Virus record (IMG/VR): IMGVR_UViG_3300005512_000015
Strand: one strand, 5' to 3'
DNA: 64,000 nucleotides
From: an uncultured virus (IMG/VR IMGVR_UViG_3300005512_000015)
Taxonomy: Duplodnaviria; Heunggongvirae; Uroviricota; Caudoviricetes
Under the pieces are notes generated by a model, which saw only the letters and a list, made by a program, of their open reading frames with translations, did no database searches and was not told the origin of the DNA. A program made the position numbers and the translations under genes. Position 1 is the first letter of the stretch; each line of letters opens with the position of its first letter. Shown here one piece after another: positions 19,602 through 28,981 of this stretch.

Positions 19602-19781
19602 TTAGTTTTTGTATTTACTATCTGTGCACTCTTCACAATTCAGAATTTTATGTGCCTTACATTTTTTACCTTTTTCAAGATGCTTTGGTCTTTTAACTAA
19701 ATCTAGTTTTGTATCTACGGTTGCAATATCGGCAGATGTAGTTTCTTCTTTTAGTTTATTTAGATACTTCTTAAACTTCAT
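19602..19781 (-). CDS. 59-aa CTS-like protein with CxxHxxxxCxxC Zn motif
   Basis: Not in the track; MKFKKYLNKLKEETTSAD...CKAHKILNCEEC; AAGGA SD; AATAAATA box upstream. Confidence 0.65.
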   Translation of the reverse strand: MKFKKYLNKLKEETTSADIATVDTKLDLVKRPKHLEKGKKCKAHKILNCEECTDSKYKN

Positions 19782-19827
19782 TGTGACTTCCTTAGTATTG
19801 ATTTTATTATACTATATATTTATTTAA

Positions 19828-21090
19828 TTACTTCTTCATTTTGAAAGAGATTTTCTTATTCGCTGGATTCTTAATGTTTGAATCGAAGTGATATTTAAAT
19901 GTTGCTTCTTTAAATTCTTTAACAGTATATTTAAATGTTTTGGCACTTATGTCAAGATATAACTGTTGTGTGTTTAGACTATTAAGAGAATCATTCAAAA
20001 AGTCTACGTGATCTTTTATATTATTTATTTCGTCAATCATATGATAACCAAGTGGAGATAATATTACACCAGCTTTTTTACCAGATGCTTTAAATAATTT
20101 TTCAGCGTTTGCTTCATTTGGAAATCTTTTCATTACTTCCCAAACTGAACTAAATTGTGCTTTAACCTCATCATAAGTCATTGCTGATATTTGTTTTTCA
20201 AATTCAACGTGTGTTTTAATTTTACCACCAGCTTTAACAATTGCTTGATACCCAGGCGTTTTATAACGTTCACTAAATTCAACAATGGCGTCCATACCAG
20301 ATAGATCTTTTACATCAGTAATGAATTTAGCAGCTTTCTTATATTTAGCAGCTGATTTAATTAAACCTTCATTAATTAGTCCACTTACTGCGGTTAATGA
20401 TGGAGCAGCTCCTGCACCAGCTTTTGCTGATACATTAATCATACCACCATCTTTTGTACTAAAATAATAATCCACAAGTGCAGCATTAGAAGCTGCTGGA
20501 AAAGTTACAGAAACTGCTTCTTTATAATAATGTTTTATTGCCCATAGCGCACCAGTCAATTCACCAAAGTCTTTTGCAATAATATTAATATCAGCTTTAG
20601 AAACTCCCTCAGTATTAATTGATAGTTTATTTTTATAAGAACCTTCAATAAGATCTAGCACGGTGTGTCTAACAGATGCGTCAATACTATCAAGTGATTT
20701 GATTAGCGCGTCATATAGTTGTTTTTCTTTATAAGTATTACCAGCAAATCCTAAAGCATCTGGAGTTAATTGTTTTGTTTTTAATACACCATTATTACTT
20801 TTACCATTGTTAACTAAAAGTAATTCAGTTCCTTTAGGAATACCTGAAGAAGCTTTAGTTGTAACAATATTTTCAGTTCCATATTTTTGTGTTAAGCTTA
20901 CATCAGTATTTTTAAGTTCACATGGAACAATACCACTTAGAATATTTTTGGCAGCATCACCTAGTTCGGCCCTTAAATGAAACGCGTGTCGAGATAGGTT
21001 ATTCTTCATAACCTTAATCCCGGCTTTCTTCAATTCAGTTTCAAATAATTTATGTAACTTTTTAGTTGAAGTAGGTGTGTTATCAGCCAT
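19828..21090 (-). CDS. Putative PD-(D/E)XK-like nuclease
   Basis: DFGEL...FP..SN..LVDYY...VSAK restriction-fold pattern. Confidence 0.55.
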   Translation of the reverse strand: MADNTPTSTKKLHKLFETELKKAGIKVMKNNLSRHAFHLRAELGDAAKNILSGIVPCELKNTDVSLTQKYGTENIVTTKASSGIPKGTELLLVNNGKSNNGVLKTKQLTPDALGFAGNTYKEKQLYDALIKSLDSIDASVRHTVLDLIEGSYKNKLSINTEGVSKADINIIAKDFGELTGALWAIKHYYKEAVSVTFPAASNAALVDYYFSTKDGGMINVSAKAGAGAAPSLTAVSGLINEGLIKSAAKYKKAAKFITDVKDLSGMDAIVEFSERYKTPGYQAIVKAGGKIKTHVEFEKQISAMTYDEVKAQFSSVWEVMKRFPNEANAEKLFKASGKKAGVILSPLGYHMIDEINNIKDHVDFLNDSLNSLNTQQLYLDISAKTFKYTVKEFKEATFKYHFDSNIKNPANKKISFKMKK

Positions 21091-22598
21091 TAGTTATATG
21101 CCTTTTTGATCTCATTATACATCGAGTGCAATTCTTTTGGAGTATTTTTCTTAAAGAATTCTTCATCATCAATGTTTTCAATAACTTTAGATGCACTAAT
21201 GTCTGAATCAGTACGTGGCATTTCACGAACTTCAACACCAAGTCTACGCTTTAATTGTTCTTTGTAAGATCCAACTCTATCAGTACCAGCATATACAGCA
21301 TTAATATTGATAGGTGATTTACCAAGAATACCATTTAAGTTACCCGAACTATGATGAATGATTTCAACATTTGGGAATGCTTTCTTCATCATTTTTTCAC
21401 GTAGATCTTTTGTTTCTTTAGTATCTTTACCAGTTACAATACAAATAACAACATTGTCGTATAATGTACTAGCTCTTTTAATCATTTTAGCGTGGCCATC
21501 TTTAGTTAAAATTCTGAATTTACCAAGAATTAACGCGTTATTATTACCACGCATTTGTTTAACTAATAATGTCTTAGCATTTAATTGAATATCGTCTTTA
21601 ATCATAGCATCAGTTTTCTTACTATGCTTAAATTGAATTTTTAATTTCTTAAGTTCTAATGCTAGCTCTTCTAAAATATCATCAAGTTTTCTTGATTTAA
21701 CTACAATCGCATTACTTAATCTAAAAGCTTCACCATTAACATAAGTCCAGTAATTGTTTTCAATTTCTGGATCAGCTTCCATGTACTTACCTTTGATTTC
21801 TCTACGAGCAGCTTGATCTAATTGATATTCTTGTTGCCACTTAAGTATCTTATCTTGATACTTCATTACAACACCTTCTTCTTTACCACCATATTTAGAT
21901 TCAACATCTAAGAATAACTGACGTAAATCATCTATCAATAGTTCTGGGTTAGACCAGTTCATAGATAATTTTCTAGCTTCAAATTCAGCTTTTAAAGATT
22001 TAAGAATAGCACCCTTTTTAAATCCGATTTGACTTCCCATTACACCTTTGAATAGTAATTGTGGATGGTCAATTTTAAGTGCTTTAGCGTAATCATTACG
22101 TAAACCAGTTTGCATAGCACCCGGCATAGTTTTAAGAACACCATATTGTTCAGTCCATTTGGCTTTAGCATACCCAATAAGAACCATTTTATGTTTAGTA
22201 CTATAATCAGAACTTAATGTTGGTTTACTCATTAAGAATTCAATGAATAGCTCAGTTCCAACTGGAATAGAATTTTTGTTAAGTTTTGAAAAATGTTCGA
22301 ATACTAATTTGAATTGAGATGGACCAATTGATTCTTTCTTAATTTTAGTTTTAGCGTTAAAATCATATTCTTTGCTATATAGAATTTGACCTTTGTAAGC
22401 AAAGATATAATCGTTGATAGTACCTTTGTTGTCTTTCTTAATAACTGTTAATTTAATACCATCAGTCTTGTGTTCAACAACAACTTCAGACGATAGAAAA
22501 TCTTCAATTCTAGATTTGTTTGTTAGGTACTTACCAGCAGCTAGAATAGAAATATCTAACTGCTCTTTACCTTCGTTTAAGTATCTTAGAAAATCCAT
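21090..22598 (-). CDS. KxDG ligase-like nucleotidyltransferase fused to HxGH-class cytidylyltransferase-like domain; CTS start
   Basis: MDFLRYLNE; EHKTDG, FIEF, EEGVVMK, LKWQ; GKFRILTKDGH, AGTDR, ISASKV. Confidence 0.7.
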   Translation of the reverse strand: MDFLRYLNEGKEQLDISILAAGKYLTNKSRIEDFLSSEVVVEHKTDGIKLTVIKKDNKGTINDYIFAYKGQILYSKEYDFNAKTKIKKESIGPSQFKLVFEHFSKLNKNSIPVGTELFIEFLMSKPTLSSDYSTKHKMVLIGYAKAKWTEQYGVLKTMPGAMQTGLRNDYAKALKIDHPQLLFKGVMGSQIGFKKGAILKSLKAEFEARKLSMNWSNPELLIDDLRQLFLDVESKYGGKEEGVVMKYQDKILKWQQEYQLDQAARREIKGKYMEADPEIENNYWTYVNGEAFRLSNAIVVKSRKLDDILEELALELKKLKIQFKHSKKTDAMIKDDIQLNAKTLLVKQMRGNNNALILGKFRILTKDGHAKMIKRASTLYDNVVICIVTGKDTKETKDLREKMMKKAFPNVEIIHHSSGNLNGILGKSPININAVYAGTDRVGSYKEQLKRRLGVEVREMPRTDSDISASKVIENIDDEEFFKKNTPKELHSMYNEIKKAYN

Positions 22599-23801
22599 TT
22601 ACTTCTCCAAAGAGTTTAGGTAAGATCTGAACGTCTCATTAACTTTAGTGTATTTGCTGTAATATTCTTCAACGTATTTAGCTGATTCATCTTTCAATTT
22701 AAGTTCTTTTACAAGCTTAGAATAACCACTTGACTTAACTTGGAAATCAAGATCTGGGTTACCAACTTCTAATTCCTGACCTCTTTGACCTTTATAACCC
22801 CAAAGCATTTCAATATAACGATCGTGAGTACGTTGAATATCTTTTCTATCAAGGTGAGCTTTCATTAATTCAATAACACCAACGAAAGATTCAAATTTCT
22901 TAACATCTTGTTCATTACCAGTAAGTTGTCTAAAAGCTAACTTGTAAATTTCACCAACGATTGTTTCGTAGTTTGATTCACTAGTTTTAAGTTCACGATA
23001 AATTTGTTTACCTTCATCGTTTCTCATAACTTTGCTAGTTTCAGGATCGATCATTGGTTCATATGCTACACGAATACCACGAGTTACTGAGAACTTCAAT
23101 AGTCTTGGTAGTGAACCATTCATTTTTTTGAATTTTAGTTTTTCAGGAGTTGAAGCAGGAGTTGCAATAACAATATCGTCTCTAGCGGATGCTCCACCAA
23201 CGATAGCTTGAATTAAGAACTTGTGGTGTACAGCTTTAACTCCAGCTTTAGCATCTTTGAACGAAGAACTATGAGAAAACTTAGCCCATTCTGTTGGCAT
23301 ATCATCTTCAAAAGGAAGTAATTCAAAATCTACTTGAGCGTAAGCACGTTGACCATTTTTGAAATCAACCATAATTACCGCGTTAATTTGATCACCAAAT
23401 GCATCTTTATTACCACGGTTAGAACCCATGTATCTAGCACCAGGTAAAATTTCTTTACCTTCTAAATCATGTAAAAATTGCCATAAGTCTTGACCAATTT
23501 CTTCTGGTACAGTAATATCTAAATCACCAGCGCTTGGCTTGTATTGCATTACATCTTCATCAGATAAAGTTGGATCCATGATGAATGAAGTACTACCATT
23601 AAACGCAAAACCATTTGTTAGAATTTCTTCTTTAACCCAAATTGGTTTTTTGTATTTCTTTTTAAAATCTTTATTCATTTTCTTAAAGATTTCTACGAAC
23701 GTAGCAATAAACTCTTTACGTCCAATTTCTTTAACTTGTATCTTTTGTGCTCTGGTTTCTTCACCAGTTGTCCAATTCTTAGCTGTTACATTTCCACCCA
23801 T
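22599..23801 (-). CDS. Pol-beta-superfamily nucleotidyltransferase
   Basis: Start revised to MGGNV (GGAG SD); NGSTS...GDLDI (GS..DxD); third Asp in QVDF. Confidence 0.7.
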   Translation of the reverse strand: MGGNVTAKNWTTGEETRAQKIQVKEIGRKEFIATFVEIFKKMNKDFKKKYKKPIWVKEEILTNGFAFNGSTSFIMDPTLSDEDVMQYKPSAGDLDITVPEEIGQDLWQFLHDLEGKEILPGARYMGSNRGNKDAFGDQINAVIMVDFKNGQRAYAQVDFELLPFEDDMPTEWAKFSHSSSFKDAKAGVKAVHHKFLIQAIVGGASARDDIVIATPASTPEKLKFKKMNGSLPRLLKFSVTRGIRVAYEPMIDPETSKVMRNDEGKQIYRELKTSESNYETIVGEIYKLAFRQLTGNEQDVKKFESFVGVIELMKAHLDRKDIQRTHDRYIEMLWGYKGQRGQELEVGNPDLDFQVKSSGYSKLVKELKLKDESAKYVEEYYSKYTKVNETFRSYLNSLEK

Positions 23802-23829
23802 TGTGAACTCCAAATATTTATTTTAGTAT

Positions 23830-23875
23830 TATTTATATATGATCTATTATATCAAATAATGAGCGAAATGTAAAC
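23830..23875 (-). promoter_or_regulatory. Early promoter (23846-23875) plus late promoter TATAAATA (23830-23837)
   Basis: Both consensus motifs are exact. Confidence 0.75.
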
Positions 23876-23879
23876 GGTT

Positions 23880-24467
23880 TTAGTACTTATTTTGAAAGAA
23901 TTTCAAAATTTCTGGTTGTGTTAGTTCTTGAGGGTTGTAATCATTTGGTTTAAAATCAACACACATATTAATGCGCTCAAATCCATCGGGTTCCCATACA
24001 GTAGGATCTTTGTTATGAATATGACCGTGAATGATAGTATTAATTTTATTTTTATTAATTTTGAACATCATTGCCTTTTCAGGACCTTTGTTCCATTTAG
24101 ATTTGTAGCATGGATAGTGATTAATAAAGTAAGGTGGAATGTCAAAGTAATCAACAACGTCAATAAAACCAGCGTCTAAATAGAATTCATCTGGTTCATA
24201 GTCGTGATTACCTCTTACTAATATTTTTCGTCCCTTCATTAACTTTAACAAGCTTTGAAAATGTTCTTGTCTACCACGTAATGCAGCTGATAGATCGCCA
24301 ACAAATAAATGAATATCTTTGTCAGTAACAACATCATTATGCTTTTGAACCATATGTTTTGCGCAATCAATGACACAATTTTCGTCATCCAAGTCAAATG
24401 GTCTTTCAGCGTATTTGATTATATTTTTGTGGTAAAAATGGTGGTCACTACTGGCAAAAACTCTCAT
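23880..24467 (-). CDS. Calcineurin-like metallophosphoesterase
   Basis: SDHH, GD, GNHD, NHYP, HGHIH. Confidence 0.9.
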   Translation of the reverse strand: MRVFASSDHHFYHKNIIKYAERPFDLDDENCVIDCAKHMVQKHNDVVTDKDIHLFVGDLSAALRGRQEHFQSLLKLMKGRKILVRGNHDYEPDEFYLDAGFIDVVDYFDIPPYFINHYPCYKSKWNKGPEKAMMFKINKNKINTIIHGHIHNKDPTVWEPDGFERINMCVDFKPNDYNPQELTQPEILKFFQNKY

Positions 24468-24697
24468 TAAACATTAATCTCCTTATATTGAACAGGAACT
24501 AAACCAATAATATCAATATTCATAAAGATGTTGTTTAAATACTGTTCATCCAACATTTTATCATCTGGATTTCTTTGAATGTGTTCATTTTGAGCTAATA
24601 GTTTCATATTAAATTCTGAAAGTTCTTTTTCAGAAATAACAATTGAACTCACATATCTTACATTATTATTTTTATCTTCTATTAGTAATTGGTACAT
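24467..24697 (-). CDS. Hypothetical protein
   Basis: ORF with GAGG SD, coupled to the next gene. Confidence 0.65.
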   Translation of the reverse strand: MYQLLIEDKNNNVRYVSSIVISEKELSEFNMKLLAQNEHIQRNPDDKMLDEQYLNNIFMNIDIIGLVPVQYKEINV

Positions 24698-24707
24698 TTA
24701 ATTTCCT

Positions 24708-24881
24708 CTATTCGTATGTTATTGTAAATGTTTTATGTTTTTTATAGAAAGTCTCTATTTTCATCCAGTTTTTTAATGTCCATTCATCGCCATAAACAAA
24801 TTTGTATTTACCATTTTGAGTGTTAGTAACTACAGCTAATTCATTTGCTCGTTTATGCTTGTACACTTTCTTTACAGCCAT
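24708..24881 (-). CDS. 57-aa hypothetical protein
   Basis: Not in the track; MAVKKVYKHKRANEL...; GGAG SD; fills the gap. Confidence 0.5.
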   Translation of the reverse strand: MAVKKVYKHKRANELAVVTNTQNGKYKFVYGDEWTLKNWMKIETFYKKHKTFTITYE

Positions 24882-25402
24882 TCTGGTTTCTCCCTATTAG
24901 TATATTTTAGCATTGCTGCTTTTTCCATAATATAGTAAGTTCTATAAGCAGTTACAGAATCAGCATCTTTACAATAATCTGGCATTGCTTGAGGCATTTT
25001 AGTTAAACCGATATTAGGAATATTTTTTGGAATTTTATCAAGCACGTTTTCTAACTTAGTTTGCGTTAAGTGGATTTTACCATATCTAAATGTGTACTCG
25101 TTACATAAAGCCATAAAGTGCTGATATAACCACTCGTAATTTTCCTTAGATGCTCTAGCCCATACTGCTGATGGATGATTGATATGTGTAGCTTTGTAGA
25201 TAATTTCTTCTTTAGCTGGATCACTTAGTTTCCATCTTTTAAGTTTTCTACCGGATGAAGCATCAATCCACATTTCACCATCTAAGAACCTATGCGCAGT
25301 AGATAAAAGTTGTGCACATTCAATAATCATTTTAACAACATGTTTGTCACAATTCATTTGAGCTGCTTTAACTGGATTAGTATCTAAGTAAAAAATATTC
25401 AT
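24872..25402 (-). CDS. Pyrimidine-dimer DNA glycosylase/DenV-related family protein
   Basis: MNIFYLD, CDKHVVKM..E.AQLLS, YKATHINHPS..W. Confidence 0.8.
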   Translation of the reverse strand: MNIFYLDTNPVKAAQMNCDKHVVKMIIECAQLLSTAHRFLDGEMWIDASSGRKLKRWKLSDPAKEEIIYKATHINHPSAVWARASKENYEWLYQHFMALCNEYTFRYGKIHLTQTKLENVLDKIPKNIPNIGLTKMPQAMPDYCKDADSVTAYRTYYIMEKAAMLKYTNREKPEWL

Positions 25403-25433
25403 TGATTAAACCTTTATTTAATTTGTTAGATCT

Positions 25434-25463
25434 ATTATAACAAGTCTTTTATGAAATGTAAAC
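25434..25463 (-). promoter_or_regulatory. Early promoter GTTTACA-N17-TATAAT
   Basis: Consensus match. Confidence 0.75.
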
Positions 25464-25478
25464 AGTTTTTTACTTTTT

Positions 25479-25811
25479 TTATAGATATGTTAAACTGCTC
25501 CAAATAGTATCTGGTTCCATTAAGTCAACAACGTCTCCGTGCTGCATTGTTATTTGATTATATGGCGATGCCATACTATGATGTAAGCCATAACTATGTT
25601 TACTAACACAATATGTACTACCTGACGAACCAGAAAACTCATAGTGATTTTCAAATTCTTCAAACTTAGTAATACCACTGTTCAATCTCCAACTGGTACC
25701 AGTTAAATATGAAGAATCCCAACCGGCAAGAACCTTATAAATTGTCTCATCGCCATAATTAATTTTTAAAACTACCCAATGATCTGGGGTATAGTTAGAA
25801 TTTAATCTCAT
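25479..25811 (-). CDS. Conserved phage hypothetical protein
   Basis: PDHWVVLKI, YKVLAGW, SWRLNSGI, GSSGSTY. Confidence 0.75.
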   Translation of the reverse strand: MRLNSNYTPDHWVVLKINYGDETIYKVLAGWDSSYLTGTSWRLNSGITKFEEFENHYEFSGSSGSTYCVSKHSYGLHHSMASPYNQITMQHGDVVDLMEPDTIWSSLTYL

Positions 25812-25830
25812 GTTAACTCCTTTTTGTTCA

Positions 25831-25860
25831 TATAAATAATTATAACAAAAAAGTAATTAA
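25831..25860. promoter_or_regulatory. Adjacent opposite-strand promoters: late TATAAATA (+, 25831-25838) and TTAA-N12-TATAAT (-, 25839-25860)
   Basis: Exact motifs between two divergent genes. Confidence 0.65.
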
Positions 25861-25874
25861 AAAAGAAGGAATTC

Positions 25875-27692
25875 ATGGAAAATATCAGGACAATATTTGA
25901 CGAAGAAACTATTGAACATTTTCGTCAAAATAAAGATGAGATTACAGAGGAACTTTTAGAAAAGCTTCGTTCTCATGGTAATGAAGGAAAGCATATTGCA
26001 TTAGAAATTCTAGATCTTGAAAAAGACAATGAACAATACTACCTTGATGCCTTTGGAAATCGTATTTCATTTAATGGTAATAGACGACTTAAGAAAGCTT
26101 TTACTAAATTAAGTATATCAGAAATTCATAAAATAGAACTCCAAAAATGTGCTGAAGACATTCATTATTTTAAAGACAATTATGTGAAAATTAAAACCAA
26201 ACAAGGTGTAAACTTTCCAGATTTAAGACCATACCAAGATGAATTCATTAATGAAATCATCCCAGATGAAAATGAAGATAATATTGGATTAATGGGTAGA
26301 CAGTCCGGTAAATCTATTAGTACTGCAATTTATCTTGCGCATAAATTCAACTTTGACAAAGAAATTAATATCGGTATTGTAGCCAACAAAGGACCAATGG
26401 CTCGTGAATTCCTAGCAAATACTAAAAACATTATTATTGAGTTACCTATATGGATGCAGCAAGGTGTTCAAGTTTGGAATAAAGGTTCAATTGAAAATGA
26501 ATCAAAGATGAGAATATTAACAGATGTTCCAACATCAGATGCGTTTCGTGGATTTACAATTGCTATTCTAGTCGTGGATGAGACAGCATTTATCAAGTCA
26601 ACCGTTTGGGACGAGTTCGCTGATTCTATTTTCCCATCACAATCTGGTCTTGCTTGGAAAAAGAATATTATGTTGAGTACCGCCAATGGTATGAACCACT
26701 TTTATCAAATGGTTAAGGGTGCTCGTGAAGGGTTAAACGGTATGAATCTATTTGAAGTTGACTGGAGAGATGTTCCAAGATATAAACCAGATGGTTCATT
26801 AATGTCTCCTGAAGAATTCCAAGAAAAAATTATTGCTAAACACGGTATCATTTATTTTAACCAAAACTACGCTAATGAATTTATGGGATCTTCTCATACA
26901 TTGATTAGTGCTAAAATGCTTCAAGAAATGAAAGAAGCAGAAGTACAAGAAATTAGAGATGGTAAGCTAAAAATATATCATTATCCAGAAGCAGGACATA
27001 AGTATATCTTTACAGTTGATCCAGCCAAAGATGGACAAGATGCATTTGCTTGTCAAATTATCGACATCACAAACTTTAAATTTAAACAAGTCGCAACAGC
27101 ACAATTACAAATTGATTATCTGTTAATGCCAGAGTTTATAAATGAGTGGTGCGAATATTACAATAATCCATATTTGGTTATTGAGAATAATGAAGGCGCA
27201 GGACAAAGTATCGCTGACCAAATGTACAACGATTACGAATATGAGAATCTTCATTATGACAAAGATGTAGGAAGAAACAAAAAGAAAAAATATCCAGGAT
27301 TTAGAACTACTCCAAAATCTAGAAAACAAATTCTTCAGACATTGAAATTATTCATCGAGAACGGTAACCTTGAAATAAATGATAAGAGTACTATTAACGA
27401 GTTTTATCAATTCATTTTGATTAACAACAAATTCCAGGCAGATGATGGCGCACATGATGACATGATTATGTCACTAGCTCTAGCATTCGTGCCATTTACA
27501 AATAGTAAAAACTTTGAGGATATGAAGGTCCTTATTAAGAACCTTTATGATTCAGAATCTTTAGAAGAGTCTGAAAAAGTTGAGTTTGGAGAATTGTTAA
27601 CTGTTGGTTCATTTGATGACGGATCCGATGAAGAATATCTTGAGAATAGATCTCAAGAAACTTGGAATGGTCATCTTATAAACTATGAATGA
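25875..27692 (+). CDS. gp17: Terminase large subunit gp17
   Basis: LRPYQ, GRQSGKS, VVDETAF, STANG.NHFY, VDPA, HDDMIM. Confidence 0.95.
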   Translation: MENIRTIFDEETIEHFRQNKDEITEELLEKLRSHGNEGKHIALEILDLEKDNEQYYLDAFGNRISFNGNRRLKKAFTKLSISEIHKIELQKCAEDIHYFKDNYVKIKTKQGVNFPDLRPYQDEFINEIIPDENEDNIGLMGRQSGKSISTAIYLAHKFNFDKEINIGIVANKGPMAREFLANTKNIIIELPIWMQQGVQVWNKGSIENESKMRILTDVPTSDAFRGFTIAILVVDETAFIKSTVWDEFADSIFPSQSGLAWKKNIMLSTANGMNHFYQMVKGAREGLNGMNLFEVDWRDVPRYKPDGSLMSPEEFQEKIIAKHGIIYFNQNYANEFMGSSHTLISAKMLQEMKEAEVQEIRDGKLKIYHYPEAGHKYIFTVDPAKDGQDAFACQIIDITNFKFKQVATAQLQIDYLLMPEFINEWCEYYNNPYLVIENNEGAGQSIADQMYNDYEYENLHYDKDVGRNKKKKYPGFRTTPKSRKQILQTLKLFIENGNLEINDKSTINEFYQFILINNKFQADDGAHDDMIMSLALAFVPFTNSKNFEDMKVLIKNLYDSESLEESEKVEFGELLTVGSFDDGSDEEYLENRSQETWNGHLINYE

Positions 27693-27919
27693 TTAGATTG
27701 ATCTTCTTGTGTTTCTAAAAATTTTAAGAAATAAAAGTTACGAACTAAGATATCAAGTCTTTCATCTTGAATTTCCTTGATATCTATGCCGTCTTCTTTA
27801 TATTTGTTGATAATCTTCCAGCCTTCCCATTTAGGGAATTCTTTGCGATTAATGCCAATGTAATTATAATATAACTTATCGGCATTAGCCGTAATTTCTT
27901 CAAAGTATGTTTCGAACAA
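27683..27919 (-). CDS. Hypothetical protein
   Basis: TTG start, AAGG SD. Confidence 0.6.
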   Translation of the reverse strand: MFETYFEEITANADKLYYNYIGINRKEFPKWEGWKIINKYKEDGIDIKEIQDERLDILVRNFYFLKFLETQEDQSNHS

Positions 27920-27961
27920 AATATATCTACCTTATGTTTTATTTTTATTTATCTATAAGGT

Positions 27962-28498
27962 TTATGCGTTTTTGCGCTTCTTAACTTTATGTGTGCCCTT
28001 CTTAATAGCTGAAGCTCTAGACTTTTGGTATGCTGCAATCTTAGCTTTATTAGCTCTATAATATCTTTTACGAGAAGCTTTGTTTGCTCTAGCATCTTTC
28101 TTTCTTGCTGCTTTAGTTTTTCTTAAATCAGCTTTAGAATTTTTCATGAACTTACGTTTTTTACGATTTTTGTTAGTACCTTTCATAATACGAGAAACGC
28201 CTTCGTCCATTTCAGACTCTTCGTCTTCTTCGTCCTCTAATTCTTCAAGCATATCATAAATGTCTTGGTACATATCTGGACCAAGTTCTTTTACCATTTT
28301 CATTACATCTTCTTTGGTAAAAGTATCAATTTCGTCTTGTTCATTTTCATCATCTTCATCAAAGAATTCGTTATAGATGATATAACCGAATTGATCAACT
28401 TCATCTTCGGTTAGCTCGTCTAATTCTTCAATGATTTTAGCAAGCATTTCCTCATTTTCTTTCAAATAAGTTTTAAAAGTGCCCATATTGTTCTCCAT
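27962..28498 (-). CDS. Acidic/basic bipartite CTS protein, prohead-core-like
   Basis: MGTFKTYLKE; acidic N-half, Lys/Arg-rich C-half after MDE; late promoter at 28513-28520. Confidence 0.6.
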   Translation of the reverse strand: MENNMGTFKTYLKENEEMLAKIIEELDELTEDEVDQFGYIIYNEFFDEDDENEQDEIDTFTKEDVMKMVKELGPDMYQDIYDMLEELEDEEDEESEMDEGVSRIMKGTNKNRKKRKFMKNSKADLRKTKAARKKDARANKASRKRYYRANKAKIAAYQKSRASAIKKGTHKVKKRKNA

Positions 28499-28515
28499 TA
28501 ATGTTTTATTTTTAT

Positions 28516-28941
28516 TTATAATAAACTTTCGAGAAAATATTGAACATCTTCATCATTTTTATAATCAAGAGCAACAACAGTATCACATTCTGGTGTTTTG
28601 ATAATAATCACATCTTTATCCATATCATAAATGTAATAATAATCGAATAAATCTCCGTCTTCCATATATGAGTAGATGTATTTAAATGATTCTACATTTT
28701 GATTATCCTTACCATATATTTCACCAAAAACCATAGAATTATCTAATAGTAATTTAATATTAACGTATGATTGCGATTCAAAAATATTAGAAATAAACTT
28801 ATTTCTGTCATCATTTAGAGAGTTGATAATACTGATTCCAGTATCATGAAATTCGCCTTCATCTTCGACATAATTATAAACTACTTTACCGCCAATTGCA
28901 ACACCTACGAAGGCAGAGATTTTAGAGTGATATTCTTGCAT
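28516..28941 (-). CDS. Hypothetical protein
   Basis: ORF with AAGGA SD; faint similarity to 52258-52575. Confidence 0.65.
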   Translation of the reverse strand: MQEYHSKISAFVGVAIGGKVVYNYVEDEGEFHDTGISIINSLNDDRNKFISNIFESQSYVNIKLLLDNSMVFGEIYGKDNQNVESFKYIYSYMEDGDLFDYYYIYDMDKDVIIIKTPECDTVVALDYKNDEDVQYFLESLL

Positions 28942-28981
28942 TTTGTTTCCTTAATATTTGATTTATTTATTAGATTTTGAA

